DNA of 63,828 nucleotides, filler included, from Choristocarpus tenellus KU-1152 (taxonomy: Eukaryota; Protista; Phaeophyceae): NCBI GenBank assembly GCA_964200185.2. It is 13 parts of 13 records of this genome, joined end to end, with 100 filler letters (N's around TTAATTAATTAA, not from the genome) between each part and the next. Parts side by side here need not be neighbours in the genome. Positions count along the whole stretch, not along the records: positions 24,209 to 31,616 come from CAXNAD020006200.1; positions 31,717 to 39,716 come from CAXNAD020005285.1; positions 39,817 to 42,413 come from CAXNAD020026420.1; positions 42,514 to 49,093 come from CAXNAD020007828.1; 9 more parts are not named here. One strand, written 5' to 3'. Position 1 is the first letter of the stretch. Every line of letters starts with the position of its first letter. A program made the translations under genes and the position numbers. The notes under the pieces are model-generated. The model searched no databases and had not been told where the DNA came from. It was given only the letters and a program-made list of their open reading frames with translations. Positions 26,433 to 43,278 of the stretch are shown here, piece after piece.

Positions 26433-28773
26433 GTTTTGTATCACACTGTAGATGGTGTAGTCGTTTCCAAGGGCAGGGTGCTATCTGCTCGCTGTATTTG
26501 AAGGTATATCTTAAAACTTAATTCAAAGTATGGGTTTTGGCTTTGGATGTCCATATCAACCCTGCAATGTGGTTACCTAACTCGTAATACAGAATCCTAC
26601 TGAACATGCCGTAAGACAAATTACAGTAGGGTCGCTCAAACGACAGGTCTGGTGTTCAACTATTTGGACTGGTGGTTTAATATCCTAACAGAACAAGGGA
26701 CTTAATGGCACATATATCCTAGAGCATACATGATGGGTCTTTGAATAGACTTGGCCGCTCATCTTGGTGTAGGCATTTGTTGCACAGTGATTCTAAAGTG
26801 CACTGTCAGGAAAGTGCAAACGCCATGTCCGTATATTTCTTCCTTTTTCGACCCGTTCATGGAATATTATTGTCTGAACACAGTGCCTGTAGCGAGTGAA
26901 TATGCTGCACAATGATATGGTCAGGTTCTGCTTGACAACTACGGAAAATTCCAGTCTGCTGGCAACGGGTGGCAAGTGGGATCATAGTTTTCTGTAAACA
27001 GCGAGTGAATATGCCAGGATCGTATTTTGCTTGATCCGTGTACAAATTGCAGTCTCCTGGTAATATGAAATAAGCACAATCCTAGTTTGGGGATCCCTCG
27101 TATATGCCTGGGATTTTGAGACTTGGTCACCACATTGAAGAATATAGCTTTGCCAAGTGTATTAAATATACGGGGATTAGCACCAACCAAAGCAAAACAC
27201 TATCCATACATAGTGTAGCAGCTATCCCAAAAGGTGCAGAGCAGCATGATGAGAACCGGATTTATGATTTAATATAATTTTTTGTGCACCTTGCTAAGCA
27301 CATTGGGGAAGCCTCATCAGACATTCCATAGGAAAGGAAGTGCTCGGTAAATGTATGCAAAGCTGTATTTCGCAAATGTATCGCATCTGTCAAGGTCAGA
27401 ACGATTATTTGTAGTTCCAGCGCTTGGCCGGTTGACACTCAATTTCATGAGGGATAACCCTATACCTCATGGTCACGTGCCCAAACAATGCGCAAAGGGA
27501 GCGTGTATACTGGCCATTTACAGCTGCAACGTTGTAGTGGTAGCCCGCCATAGGTGTTGATACTGATTGCCTTGTCGTTATTGCACCCTTCCGTCTAGGG
27601 CAGAGTTATCCAGTATGCCACCTGTTCATGTTCGTAATGCAGATCTGCAAGACGATCGGACACTCCTGTCTAAGCATTTTGTTGCATCCAATGAGCTCCC
27701 TTTCTTTGTTGGTTACAACCTGCCCTGGTATACAGAATTTCTGCTTCGACACTGTAAACGAAGCAGGACACTTATAGGAGAGCCTAAACCAAACGGTGTA
27801 TGTGAGGGAAAAGACGCTTCGCCCTGCACTTCACGTAGAAAGGAGTGTCTTCTTCCCCTATGCCCGTGTTCTTTTGAAGTGATGGGATCTGAGGGTATGG
27901 ATACGTATGTGTGTGTCTACGAAAGTAGAAGTGAGAGCAATATTATTGTTTTGTTCTCAACTTCAAGAGGCATAGCTTTTATTTTTTGCTTTTGTTGATG
28001 CATGTATTACTCCTCTTTGGCTATCAACTCATTGTTGTATGGATAAATTGTCAACATTATTAGTAGTATATTTTAAGGGCAAGAACTATGATAGAACGTT
28101 AAGTTACATAAAAATGATGTTATATTTTCTTAACAGTGTGAAAATGCAATTACGCATAAATGAAATATGCAAATATATCGTGGTCTCAAAACACTCACTT
28201 AAGCTAGTATGGCCTTTTCTGACACACCTATTAAATGTCACACCATATAGAATATTATTAAATATGATATTTTACACCAATCACAAGTACAAGAAAAAGT
28301 AATATAATATTCATCATCAGTCAGCGTTCCTAGAAGAAAAAACATTTTTTACTCACCACCTTTCGTGGACGCAACACCACTTCACACTTACTAACTCCTC
28401 TCTTACCAAGGTTCTCCAAATCAAAGAGGTGTGTGGGATCTTATCACTACCAGGGTTGCTTTACTTTTGTCAGGTCTGTTGCATCAATTATGGCGCTGAA
28501 CCGTTAAGCGTGGTACTACCTGGCGTAGTGGAAGCAGTGGACATTTAGGGTTGAGTTGGAAAGGGGGCACAAAAACAAATGTCAGAGCAGCTCGTAAAGT
28601 TTCACCCCAGCATGCGAGGCAACCTTTGCAGTTATGCAAATAGCGCATCATCAACGTAATAGTAACTGTGGGTACAATTTTACCCCTGTCCTGTTAATGT
28701 GAAGGTCAGAGCTCTAATGACGATGAAAGTGGTTGATGTCTATTTCCCCACTTGACCCCTCAAAACAGGCAAG

Positions 28774-30672
<1,899 letters not shown>

Positions 30673-32092
30673 AGGGATATGTTTACCTGGGAAAGTGCAT
30701 ACGCCATTGCACAGCGTTGGCCAGGCAGTTTGGGGTGGCACACAGTGCACAACTCTACCCCACCCCTCTCACCCAGGCAGTAGTTCCCCCTGTAAAGAAC
30801 ATAGAGCAGTAATTCCAGATGACACCTTCAGTAGAATTGTCAACAATTTGGAGTAATAATAAAAGATGTTGAGCATTTCTTTTATTGTCTTGAGTTTCAT
30901 CTGTACAGTTCTTGGTACCAAAGGAAGGAAGATATCAGTGTTTTCATGTGCTGAAAAAGTTGCAGGTTAAATTTTTTCTTTCTGCCAAGTATCTTACTGC
31001 ACTGAACTGTACAATCCACATCCTGTGAACCCAAAGCAGTAGACTCAACAGGTAGGTATTCATCTATAAGGAACTGAATGTTTGGAAGAGTTTTTTCAAT
31101 ATAACTGTAGAGAATAATTTTCAGTGTTGTCTGTACCCAAGAATTCCGAACAGAAAGGTTAAATGAGGGAATGCTAATGATGCAATCAATATGTCCAGGA
31201 ATTAAATGTACTATAATCATCACATTGTGTAAGGAAGAAAAAGGCTCTGTAGATGCTGTGAAAGGTATGTTCATATATTGATTGTATATACATCAAAAAT
31301 GAGGGGTGAAGTATATTCTTTAAAATCCTTCACTTCAACTTTACTCTTACATGAGACACATTCCCACCTTCATATTTGCATTATGTGGTACATTGATACT
31401 GGAAGGAGAATAAACACAAGTGGGTCCAAGCACCAAGCTTATCTTCTATGCACTGATGTAATTGCCAGTAGTCCAACCCACAATTGATACTCGGAAAGGA
31501 ATATAAGCAATTGTGAATAGTGTGATTCTGTGGCGGCGTGGTTCACTCAGGCAAAGTTGGCGAAGAGAATCACCGGGCAAGACGGACCACACGAAAAAGG
31601 ACGAACCGTGACCGAGNNNNNNNNNNNNNNNNNNNNNNNNNNNNNNNNNNNNNNNNNNNNTTAATTAATTAANNNNNNNNNNNNNNNNNNNNNNNNNNNN
31701 NNNNNNNNNNNNNNNNAGTGAAAAGGGAACGGACAAAAAAAAGGGGAAAAAAAAAAGACCCAAAAAAGGCCGGGCGGGGAGGGGGGGGGGGGGGCAAGCT
31801 AAGGGATAAGAGATTCAGTCAGTGCACACCATGCTGTTGAGATGACGATGAAGAAGAGGGGGGGGGGATAGGAACCAGCCTACACCTCCCAATCAAAGGA
31901 ATGTACTTGTCAATTTCCACCTAAACCGTTTTTACCCCTGTAAAACCTAGTTCCCAACTTCTAACACTCCTACATAGACAAGACACCAGGTAGGACAACA
32001 ACAAGCTGAACACTGCTGATGGACACACACAGCACTTATCATTTTTACATTTCCAATAGTGGCATGATGCTGCACTGCTCAAGTGTCACTAC

Positions 32093-32582
32093 CTGCATGA
32101 TGACTTGGGTAGCAGTCTCGACGTTTTGAGCCGCATGCTTCAGCTGCAGGGTGGCCTTGGCTGTGGTCAACGCAGTCCTCCCCGTAGACTGAACGCCCTC
32201 GTTGACCTCAACCACCTAGTATTGCATTCCAAACATTTCAACAGGTGCATCACTGAGAGAGATGGACAGTGGCTGCAAACGATAACGGAGAGATCGCCTG
32301 ATATACATATATATATATATATATCGGCAGCACAGAATCAGCTACGACACAAATTCCAGATCTTCAGTGGCGATTGATTTTCACGGCGATCAAACACGTG
32401 CATACCCTGACAAAACCTGTCAAACCTGTCCTTTGAACCTGTCAAACCTGTCCTTTGAGGCCCTTAAGCTCCTCCCTCATCTTCATGAGCTCTTCTACGC
32501 AGCCGATGAACTCGGAGTAGTCCCTGTGACACACCCGGTTGATCTCAGACCGTTTCCTCCTCTCAAACTCATTGAGAGCCCT
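32093..32582 (-). CDS. SEC15: Exocyst subunit SEC15/EXOC6, two N-terminal-region exons (partial)
   Basis: 32582-32448 RALNEFERRKRSEINRVCHRDYSEFIGCVEELMKMREELKGLKGQ and 32215-32093 VVEVNEGVQSTGRTALTTAKATLQLKHAAQNVETATQVIMQ; phase-0 GT-AG; fits the Sec15 EIxxxCxxxYxxFIxxVxEL coiled-coil motif. Confidence 0.82.
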
Positions 32583-35500
32583 CTTCCACAGGAGGTACAA
32601 ATCACACACATGATATGTAGCAAAGGGGGACATTGGTGGAGAGGGAGGTGAAACAAGAGGGGGGAACCATGACGTGCTAGTTTGAGCAGTTGCGGGATGA
32701 GGGTCATGGCTAATACTTCATACTTTGATCAGATTTCGTGTGCTACTACTCAGGGGGTCCACGACAGAGGACTAACACACAAGATGATGTCTTGACTATC
32801 GCTCCATCTAGTACACTGGAAAAGACATTGAAAAACCAACCCCCACCCCCCCCATCTTGCGAAACACACTGCACTAGATTCTTGCCAATACTTCCTCTAG
32901 TTCTAAACATCTATGGTACATAATTACAAAAAAAAATGTTGTTCTCCCTGGCATTCTTTTAGGGGGATGGGCTTTCTAGAGCGGAGGCCAATGCTGTTGG
33001 GTTAGGGTTAGGGGTGGATCGACAGAACACAAAAGTGCACACAAGTGGTACATGGAATGTAGCAGGGGGTACTGGGGTCTGTGGGGGGTACCAATGCGGC
33101 GTCAATATTAGGGTAAGGTTGGTGAGACATTACCCTGCTGCAACAGTCGGGGTATGGCAGAGAGTAAGAGAAGGGTGTGTGTGTGTAGAACGATGTTGCA
33201 AGCAATCAATACGATTGTCTGTGGCACTATAATTCTGTCTTTACATACTAAACAGAGACTCGCCGTCTCACATCTCCTTCAAAGAACATTAATCAACCCT
33301 GCTCGTTTTTTCCATTCAGCTCTGTGGTCATGAACAAAACGGGCGATACAACTTAACTCCTCGTATTAGTTACGTCAAGATTTGTTGTTGTTGTTGTTGA
33401 TAAGATGGAGGGGGGGGTAGAGGGCAATCGCATCCTATTGGTTTGAAGACATTCATATTCATCTTTGGTTTGGAAGAATGGGACTGAAACTCGGTAGCGA
33501 ATACTTGCAAAATGGATGGCATCTCTCTCTGTCAGAGGTGACGAGCTACTCGGATACCTGAATCTGCACCAGCATCTCTTTTGATGCTGCATTTAAATTC
33601 CACACCAAAAGAAACTGGGAACATTTGACCTAACAGGATCGCTAGAGTACGTAAGGAGGTGCAGGGAGTGATTGATGAAAACAAATGTACAAATATCTGA
33701 TAATGGTGCACAATATATCTTTGAGATTGGGCAGACCTGCTGTCACATACAGGCTACTCACACAATGCCACATGCACTGGTGACTCCCTCATCCAAAGCA
33801 ATCACCACGCTTTTAGTCCACGTAAACAAAAAAACAAAAAAAACCCAACCCCAACCCATCACCCATGAGCACAATCCCAGCATTATTTTGCAATATAATC
33901 TATTACATGTGTTTCAAGTAGGAAACAATACAAAATGTGACAGGTGGAGAACACATCCATAAGGGTCACACGCCTTGGCTCAGACCACATAACATCTACA
34001 CTTCCAATGACGCCCAACAAAAGAGTCCCATCGTGAGTTCACATTCCCTTGACCTCCGCTTTGGTGTACTTGAGATAACACTCTATATCTACCCACACCT
34101 TTCATAAAACAGGTCAATAAAAAAAAATTACATTTTCTACCTAAACAATGGGAGACATATAAAGAGTGTAGGATAGACTCGATGCCCCAATCAAGCATTT
34201 GATATTGTCGTCTGAATTGTACTAACCCACATGGACAAGATCTGGACAAGTCTTCACCTAAACCACATTGCACCATGTAGTCCCAAAACTCTGAGTCAAG
34301 GCGTAATGCCAGTACATATCACACAGCGCAGTACAAACCCTAGTGCAACTGCGGTTCACACCATGCTACATGGTCCCTTTATAGCACCAGGAGTACAAAA
34401 TTTCAGGGTGGCAAAGAGTGGTTCTAGATGGCATTGCGTGTCCACCTATTTGATTAGCACTAATGCAACACAACATCGTGCTAAACCTCACGTCCTACTC
34501 GTTAAATAAGTACATGCAAATTACTTTGGCCAGCCGACAAACAACAAGCGGACAAGGGCATTGCTCTTTAAAAAAAAAGTGAAGTGAAACTCTTGTACTA
34601 TGCCGTAAGGTTTTTTACTGATTGTTCAAGCTTGCCCAGAGTGTTGAGCATACAATATATACACCCTGTGTGTATGTGCAGGATGTTTTAAGCAAAATTT
34701 GTCGATAACAAATGGCCTGAAATCCCTAACCCTAAGGGTTGCTTCTATGAAACACACAACCAGTCAGTGTCATCATAGCAACAGGCACAAGGAGTAGCGA
34801 CGTACACACTACAGACCACATCAGAATGTTTTCAGTATTTATAAACAGCTCTTGTAAGAACTAGCCCATAACTACATGTCAATATGAAGATACTCAAAAA
34901 CAAGCAACAATTACATTGTACAGTAGAAAGATTATCCTGCCTCCCTCCCTCCCCCTCACAGCCACTAACAGGTTTATCTATTCTCTTCCCTCCCCACCTT
35001 CCTTTCACCTGCAGGTCATGTCGCCATCCCCGTTCCAGGGCTGTCCTTATAATGGTGGGCACATTATCAGCTGGACCCTGGCAAAGCTCTTGCACCAGCG
35101 AAAGTATGGCCTGAGGATAGGCAGAGGATGGCAGTTAGGACAAAAGGCAGGGTCATAAGTACCAATGATAACGGAAGAGGAGACAAGGCTTACTATTGTG
35201 CAGAAGGGAGGATGCTTCACAACCTCCACCAGATGATAGAAACAATAGATACCAGTTCGAAACCCACTGCCTAAAAATCAGTGATGAGTTTGTGATGATT
35301 ATCTTGCGTCTATTCAACTGCTTGGAGTGAAAATACAGCTAGGGGTATGAAGTAGACAACATGAAGATCCAGTCCACGACATGAATTACATGTGCACATT
35401 CCTCTGCAGAAAAGGATATGGACAGAGGAACTGAGGGATGACGATGTGTAGGTTACTCCTGTACTGGAAAGGCATGCTTAGGTGTTCGACTTGCTAATCA

Positions 35501-36667
35501 GCAGGCACAGCAAGTTGTCCTTTTATGAGGTCAAGTCTAGGGCTTCTGTGGATAAAAAAAGTGGCGCCAAAATATATTTTCTAATCTTTTTGTGGACGGG
35601 CGTTGAGGGATGAGGCAATGAGGGTACCCTACAGCGCCTATTCCTCTGCTGGGGAAGCACATTTGATCTTTCCCTGACCCTCGTCTGTATCCTAGAGCCA
35701 ACAGTGGAATAAGGTATTCTCAAAATCCACTTGCTGGTTGTGTCCGATGTTTACATGATGCTCCATCGCTCAATACCATACATCTAGTACAAGCTAACCT
35801 CCTTTTTGGGACGACCGCTTCTGTTGATACTCTTGACCTCTGGACCTTCGCCTCTCGAGGTCTTGTTTGTTGCTCTAGCAGCACTCTTAGTAGTCCTGGT
35901 TGTCGACATGACTCTTTGGCTATGTCATTATATATACGAGCGGGAAGGGAGAGAAAGAGGTGGAAGGCGTGGATACCAGCGTCAAGAACCAGTCCACACA
36001 AAGGATTATGGGGACCTCTTGTTACCCACGCGGATTGCACAACAAACCGCTGCCCAAGGAAAGGCTATTATTTTGTGGGGGATAAGGACTTCAATAGATC
36101 AATCTGTGTTACTAACTTGAAGGAGAGGTTAGCAAATGGGGGGAGAGCATGCGAGATGGATCCACACCGAACAATTTTAGTGCCACGAACACATGACACA
36201 AAATATACTTTTTTTCGTCTTTGAACATAAGCTACAAATCATACGAGATATGCCCTTTCCCAAACATATCGTAGTAACACCTTCAATGGTAAAGGGGTCT
36301 GATAAGGCAGTAGCAGTTACTCTTATCTTGTCCCAAATAAGAAATACCCGATCTCAATTAGGTGCTCCAATATATATCTTGCACCCGAGCTTCATAAGAA
36401 GTTCATTCACAGCAGCACCTTCCGCACCATTATCACGTAGCAACTCTGGTTCGCTTCCACCTACACTGTCAAGGCTTCGGTGGGGTGTCTACACTTCCTC
36501 CCCCTCTTCAAAACCAAACTTGTTCAAAAAGACCCCAGACGCCTTTCAATGTTTTACAGACTACTGTTGTAAGAAAAATTGAAAACAAAGAAAGGAAACA
36601 TGCAGGGTAACAAATAACAATTTTGATATTATAATTTGTGATATTGGTTTAACTTTTTCCCTTCGCC

Positions 36668-36810
36668 ACTAATTTCCAGTCACCACCACTTTCCACTCTA
36701 CGCCACCATTCAACCCCACTCAACCCCACACCACTTTCCACTCCACCACTCAATTCAACACCACTCAATACCACTCCACAATACAACAACACCCCTTCAT
36801 CATCCACTTC
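36668..36810. repeat. Degenerate (CCACT)n low-complexity repeat
   Basis: Repeated CCACT/CCACTC units. Confidence 0.7.
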
Positions 36811-39800
36811 AATATTGTGCCTTTGAACTAGAAGACATCTACCCCGACCGAACTTGACCTCCCCCCCCTGTTCCCCAGCATCCCAATGGGTCGCGAGCAA
36901 TCGAAATGGTGGGAAAGATTGCTTGGAGTTTGCCTTGTTCTAACCCTGCTTGTCCTGTCCCACCAACCTCAAGTTTTCCTTGTGTTCTGATCCATCCCTT
37001 CCTACCTCATGCTTCCATCTACCATCCATCTCTTTCAACTTCTCTCCTACCTCTTCTCCCTCCTAGCCACCCAGTACTTACCTCTTCGTCCACCTTCTCA
37101 TTAATTTATTTTTATCCTGATCACCACTCTGTTCCCCATACATCATTCCTTCCAGAATTATCTCACTCGCAAATCGCAGAATACTTCATAAACTTCCCCG
37201 CTTGTTTTAAGTGCATACCTTTATTCCTCTCTATATATACTTCCAATCATATTATAAAAGTTAGTGGAATAGATTATATGACATCATACCAATCCGACAA
37301 TTTTCCATAATTTAGAGGGGTAGAAATCTCCTCAATTTGCCTCAAAATCGTCATGTTGAAGTTTTTTTGTTGACATTTTGTTCTCTGATCCAAAACATTC
37401 ACCCTTTGTTCCTTCTATATCTTTGGAGAAATAATATCCATATATATATATATATATATTTGTATCCATATTATATTGATTATGCCCTCTGACACTTTCC
37501 AGATGTGTCAGGGGAAAAACCAATGAAAACTATACACATGTCAGAATATCCTCCAAAAGGTAATAGTCGTCGTAAATGTGAAAGACATAAATTATTTTCT
37601 ATTTTACTACCAGATATACTGCACCACTGCCTTCCTGTGCCTCCAACCTACCATAGTCCTGCGCCCCAGGGTGAGGAGCTAGGGAAGCATCCCAAAAATC
37701 TAACAAGCCCCTCCTTGCCCATTTCCCTGGTGGTGTCTCCAGCTTAAAACACATGACACGTCTTGATAGTGCTACTTACGTTGTGACAGAAACTATCTGT
37801 CGTAGACAGAATTCAAAGCCATCAGGTATCTACATGTACCTATAGGATGAGTAATGAAGATTAGGTATTATTAATAATGTTTAAATAATATCATCAATAT
37901 GTGCATAGTATACTGGTCTACAACAACTACTACTGCTACTTCCTACTACAATAATTTGTGTATCTACTATATCACTACTACTACTACTGCTACTACTACT
38001 AACCCCTGTGTCCAGTAGTTAACGTATTGACAAACTACATACGGGGCATTATACTTCATTATGGGAGGAGCCGTGTTGTTAAGTGATTGATTCGGACTAT
38101 TCACATTAACATGTTTATAGTGGTTGGTGAGCATCTGATAAGAAGAAAAGTGAGTTTAAATCGTTATGGTTAAAAGAACAATAATGTGATTTGGTGATAA
38201 TATGGTTCTATTAGTAGTATGTATGATGCGAATGCATCTCACTCAGTCTGTGAACGAATGTTTCTTGACGATGAAAAACATTGATTTGATTGTTTTTGTT
38301 GTTGGGCATGGTCGCAACACAAATTTCATGTTTTAAAACATTATTAGCAGCCTAAAATGGACTATCTACCATTTAATAAGATGCTGGTGCAGTGTTGGGG
38401 AAATAAATGCCTAGATACATAGTTCCTTGCTTAGATCCATTATAACAAACTGTTTCGACTGCAAGGATTGGTTTGTTGCAATGAGCATTTTCCCTTTATT
38501 ATGGGCGATGAATGGAGAGAAAGGTAGGTTCTGGCATATCTATAGTCGGAAGATATTGGAATAATTTATTCCTTCAATTTTGTAAAGTAGCACAGATTGG
38601 TCGGAACAAGAGAGATATCTACTACTACTAATGATACTAATACTGTGTCATAGTTGACATCCCACCTCCCTTGGAAGGTAGGTGTACTTTACAGTCCAAA
38701 ATACTCTCTTGACTTCAAACACGAAAATCAATGTTAGATGAGAGTATCACGTTGTAATAGTAATTTGTAGATACACGCTGATATTGGTGGTTGGGGGATT
38801 TCAAGCACGTAATTCAGATTAATTAAGGAAATCGTACAGTTGTTTGTAGTAGGTCTGGGAATCTTGTTTCAGCCTAGGTCTGGAAATCTTGTTCAAGAAT
38901 TGTGGACAGGAGGCTGCTCGATCACTCAATTCATGTTTGGTGAAACCCCTCTGGGGAAAGCAGGGATTTAAAAAATGGAAAGCCATTATGTCAAGTAGAA
39001 GACAACTTTCGTGTGACCATGAGGGACTCAATTTGTCTCTCACAACACTATCTTCAAGACATCAATCCTCGATTGTTGCTGATGTTCTCATCATTATTAA
39101 TAGGAGGGTGCTAATCTCTACAACAACAGAAAGTACGCGGATGGGAAATGAGTGTCATTAAGAGTGTACAAGAAGAGAGGTATCAATTGCCATGAATAGG
39201 GATAGAGGGTACTGGAGTAAACTCTGCACAAATGGTTCAAAGAGCGCAAGGATAAACAATGGAATGATATAAGGTGAGGAAGTAGCTATTTTCAACAACA
39301 CAAGTTGGTGGACAAAGGGGCAGTGAAGAAGGAGACTGACAACTAGTGGTGCAGGCCTTTGCATGACTTTGAGCAGTACACTGGTGATCAGGAGAACCAA
39401 AGTGCCGCATGGTGCTTAGAAAAATCATAGGCAGAGACATGACGACAGACAGTTCGTTTGGTGGCACTCAATACATTAAAATAGCCCTCAAAATGTATCA
39501 ACACCACAAGGGAAACTTATCCTCATGGTTCATGCACTCCCTCCTACAAAGGACATTCTATATTATCTCTAACCAAGCAATACACCCATACTGATACTTC
39601 TCATTGTGGACAGCCTGTATGTCTATCAGCAAGCCTATCAATAGTTGCCGTCTCCTTCCCCTAGCACCATCCCCCTTGCCTAAGAAATCACGCCTTCATT
39701 GGAGTGTCCGGTACAGNNNNNNNNNNNNNNNNNNNNNNNNNNNNNNNNNNNNNNNNNNNNTTAATTAATTAANNNNNNNNNNNNNNNNNNNNNNNNNNNN

Positions 39801-39816
39801 NNNNNNNNNNNNNNNN

Positions 39817-39970
39817 GGGGGTCTACACCAGGGTGTCCATTTGGACCAAAATCAGGAAAAGTGCATTTACAGTATCCATCAGATGTATGCAACCAAATCA
39901 CGTAAAAATTGCGACAATTTTTTTTGACCCCAAATGGACAGCCGCCACCCCCTCCCAGATACTTTAAGCC
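39817..39970. mobile_element. MITE family B, left TIR lost in gap
   Basis: Interior matches 4263-4438; ends AGATACTTTAAGCC. Confidence 0.88.
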
Positions 39971-40126
39971 ATCTCCTGACTAATGTTACGAAATCACTTT
40001 ACCAGTACGTTTCAAACTAGGGACTTCAAGTCAATGGGCTAGGAGAGGCATATGACGGTCTATTCCGTAACTCCTTGTCCGCGTTCATAATGAGAGAGAG
40101 GACTATAGAATATAATTTAAATGGTA

Positions 40127-41065
40127 CTTCCTCCGTTTGGAATTAAATGTATCATAGATATTGCAGCCCTGATGAAGATGCAAGATTTTTTTGCACATGT
40201 TCATATTTTATGGATGTATTATGCAGACAATAAAAGGTTGCCCGCCAAAATATCAAAACAAAATGGGGCAGCCTACCTCTAACATTGATTCTGCCCCCGA
40301 AACCCTCCATAACTCCATTCAATCGCGGTATTTTGCTGCATCCACTGGGGTATTTGGGGGGACCTTGCCTGTCTTCTCAGACTTTTCCTTGCTAAGATGG
40401 GGAACTTTGAAGACGTTGTTACTCTTGGACCCCAGCACTTCTTCATAGACTGCGAGGAGGCTTTGCCAGACGTGCTCTAGTGTCTCCCGGGGGTAAACAT
40501 CGAATGCCTCCATTGTGGCCTCCACTAGCTCCTCTGTGCTGATCACATTCATGTCTTCCTTCAGTTGCTCGATGGAACAAAAGAATCCCAGGTCGTTGAC
40601 GTAGAGGTCAGGAGAGTTGGCTGGCTGGGTCTCTATGGCAATATCGTCCTTAATTTCCTCCGTGTTCCCCCCCTTGAAGTGTGACTTTGCCCCATCCTGC
40701 TGCATGAAGACGGTGTGCCCTTCCAGGCTAGGTATCCGGACCTTGATTGTCGGGCTGATATCCTCGACCATAAACTCCTTATAGCTCTTGCTGTCCACCG
40801 TAGATGGCACAAGCACCTTGGTCCCCTTGAGGCAGTATTTTCTGGAGTGCCGAGCGACCTTAGTGGCCACGATGGGCTAGATCCCGATTTTTCCATCGAA
40901 TCCAACCACACCCCATTGGAGAGCTTCCCAGGGAAGGTCACAGCTGCAAGGAACACCACCTTTGTAACATATAACGCTTGTTCTGTGCCCGTGGGGGGTT
41001 GGGAGGGTCCTCATTGGGGTGCAGGTACACACCTTGCCAATCTTTGAGGATGTAAAACCTGTACA
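40127..41065 (-). mobile_element. Tc1/mariner (plant MLE/Stowaway-type) transposase pseudogene with one TIR
   Basis: KRYVTKVVFLAAV, QQDGAKSH, QPANSPDLYVNDLGFF and NNVFKVPH motifs, frameshifted; TA + CTTCCTCCGTTTGGAATT terminus at 40125-40145. Confidence 0.9.
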
Positions 41066-41199
41066 ATTTACGTTGGGAGGTAATGCTATTTATCAGTAGT
41101 GAAGACAAGAAGGTGTGAAGCCTCACACGGTTCCCCATTGCTGAACGTGACCACATGGTTGAAATTAGAAGAGTTACCTTTGTGGGGTGTCTTCTCATT

Positions 41200-42413
41200 G
41201 CTTGTTTATTATTATTTGTGCTTCAATTGGGATAGTAATATCAACTAATTGAAGAGAAAACCTGATAAACCCCATGATGGTCAAAGCATTGCCATTTGCA
41301 GAACAAGGAGAATGAATTTTTCCCCCGGTAGGTATACGTTTGGATGATAATTTTATACACAAAGGAAGAGATGCGTAATGTGACAATGCACCGGAATACC
41401 ATGAGAAAGTATTTTTATTATTAATTAGAGTTCTGATCTGCACCCGAAGGAAAAATTGGACGTGAAGCATGTTTATTCTGGATATGTTGAGGAATAAACT
41501 GTGCTTGCAGAGCCAATGCTACAGTAGACGAATCATGTTTCGTTCGTTTTACAACCCCGTCGACTCTTTTAATAGACTCGACTTCAGACCCAAAAGAACT
41601 ACAGGGGTTATTGTCTTCTGGGCCTCATCAATTTCTACTATACTTTCTAGCTTTAGCCTCATCAATCTTTCTCTGCCTTTCCTCTTCTGAAACTCGGACC
41701 GGTGCTCCTGGTAAATCAACATAATCCCGACACCATGCCCATTCGTGGTTTTTACATTTCTGTCTACAATGGGGGTTCTCGCAGGTAATGCTATGTAATG
41801 GACGATCTTCTTATCGACGTTTTACTCCTTGTTGGTGACCATGTGGAGAGGACGTCTGAGGGGGCGTCGAAGGGGCGTGGTTGTTGCTTGAGCGTCCTAT
41901 GAAATGTCGATTTAAATTCATAACTTCTCGTTCAAGCCGTTTATTGGTTGCTTGTAGTGCCACAATTATAGCTGAAGGGAACGTAGGCTGTGCGGAGTGA
42001 CCGGCGGAAATAGCAGAAGCAGCAGTCGGAACAGTCGGCGGAGTCGACGGAACAGGAGCAATTGCGTGGGCAGGTCTTTTTCCCATTAGATTGTTGGCTT
42101 CATGACGTTTAGCACGATTGATAGCTTCAGATAAGGTAGAAGTGAAATCTGCACTGAACTGTTTTACCTGAAGGTGGGATTGTAGTCCTCCTTTAAAGAG
42201 GACAATCGCAATTTGATCAATATACTTGCGGTCGCTAGAATCTGTAGATGAACGATAAATAGCTGTAGTAAATTTACCAAGAAGGTGAGGGAAACGCGTT
42301 CGATTAGACTCTTGCAACTCTATCGGACAGTTACGGTAAATATGTATGGAGTAATGGAACAATCAATTAGTGGTTGAGTTATCAGAACCTTTTACTAGTG
42401 ATTAGTTTATGAG
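41200..42413 (-). mobile_element. Decayed Ty3/gypsy gag-protease fragment
   Basis: Gag-like LFKGGLQSHLQ...TLSEAINRAKRHE; Cys/His knuckle CENPHC...HEWAWC; protease region SANGNALTIMGFIRFSLQL nearly identical to 63173 onward. Confidence 0.72.
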
Positions 42414-42513
42414 NNNNNNNNNNNNNNNNNNNNNNNNNNNNNNNNNNNNNNNNNNNNTTAATTAATTAANNNNNNNNNNNNNNNNNNNNNNNNNNNNNNN
42501 NNNNNNNNNNNNN

Positions 42514-42655
42514 AGGGGGGGCTTCACCAAAGTGTCCATTTGGATCAACACCAGGAAAAGTGCACTTTCATTATCCATCCAATGTATGGAACCAAATCAC
42601 CCCAAAATAGCGACAAGAAAAATTTAGCTCCAAAAGGACAGCCACCACCTCCCCA
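42514..42655. mobile_element. MITE family B, truncated
   Basis: Interior matches family B; both TIRs missing. Confidence 0.8.
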
Positions 42656-43278
42656 TGCCTCCTTCTTGATATTAAAATTACTCCTCTTGAATATTGTATC
42701 CTAAATTTCAAATTTCTACTGTAAGAACTAAATATACTATATATTTTATACTGATATTTCTATATATATAAATATAATTTTGTTTGGAATATTTAATTTT
42801 AGATTCAATACAAACATAACCTTGGGTGATTGATGTGTGATTCGCGATCCATGTGTGTGTGAACGTCTCGCATTCACACTTGTACAACACGTAGTGGACA
42901 TGGTCTGGACATGCCAGAAAGAAATTGAACAAATTCTAAACCTCAGGAAATTTATAAAAATGGTCTTAAGCGAGAATATATATATCCCTTTATTGAGTTG
43001 CTTTTAGAAAAAATAGAAACTTTTAATTTGGATACATCAGTAGATTTTAGAAAACAAAGCTTGAAGGAATTCAAGTTATTTATGTATCCACATAATGAAG
43101 AAAAATTTCAATTATTAATTTCTAATTTTATTAGAATAGAAGACCATATAAAGACAAAGATTAAAATATCAGAAAGCAGATATCTATATATCAATAAAAG
43201 TGTTGGTAAAATTGCGTGTCCGGACAGGCTTGTATTTTTCCAAGAAATACTGTAAACCCAATAATGAGGTAGATTAGA

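Noticed and set aside
40585-40700. Novel D33D mariner catalytic spacing
   Set aside because: The copy is a frameshifted relic; a small deletion from the usual longer spacing is the simpler explanation.
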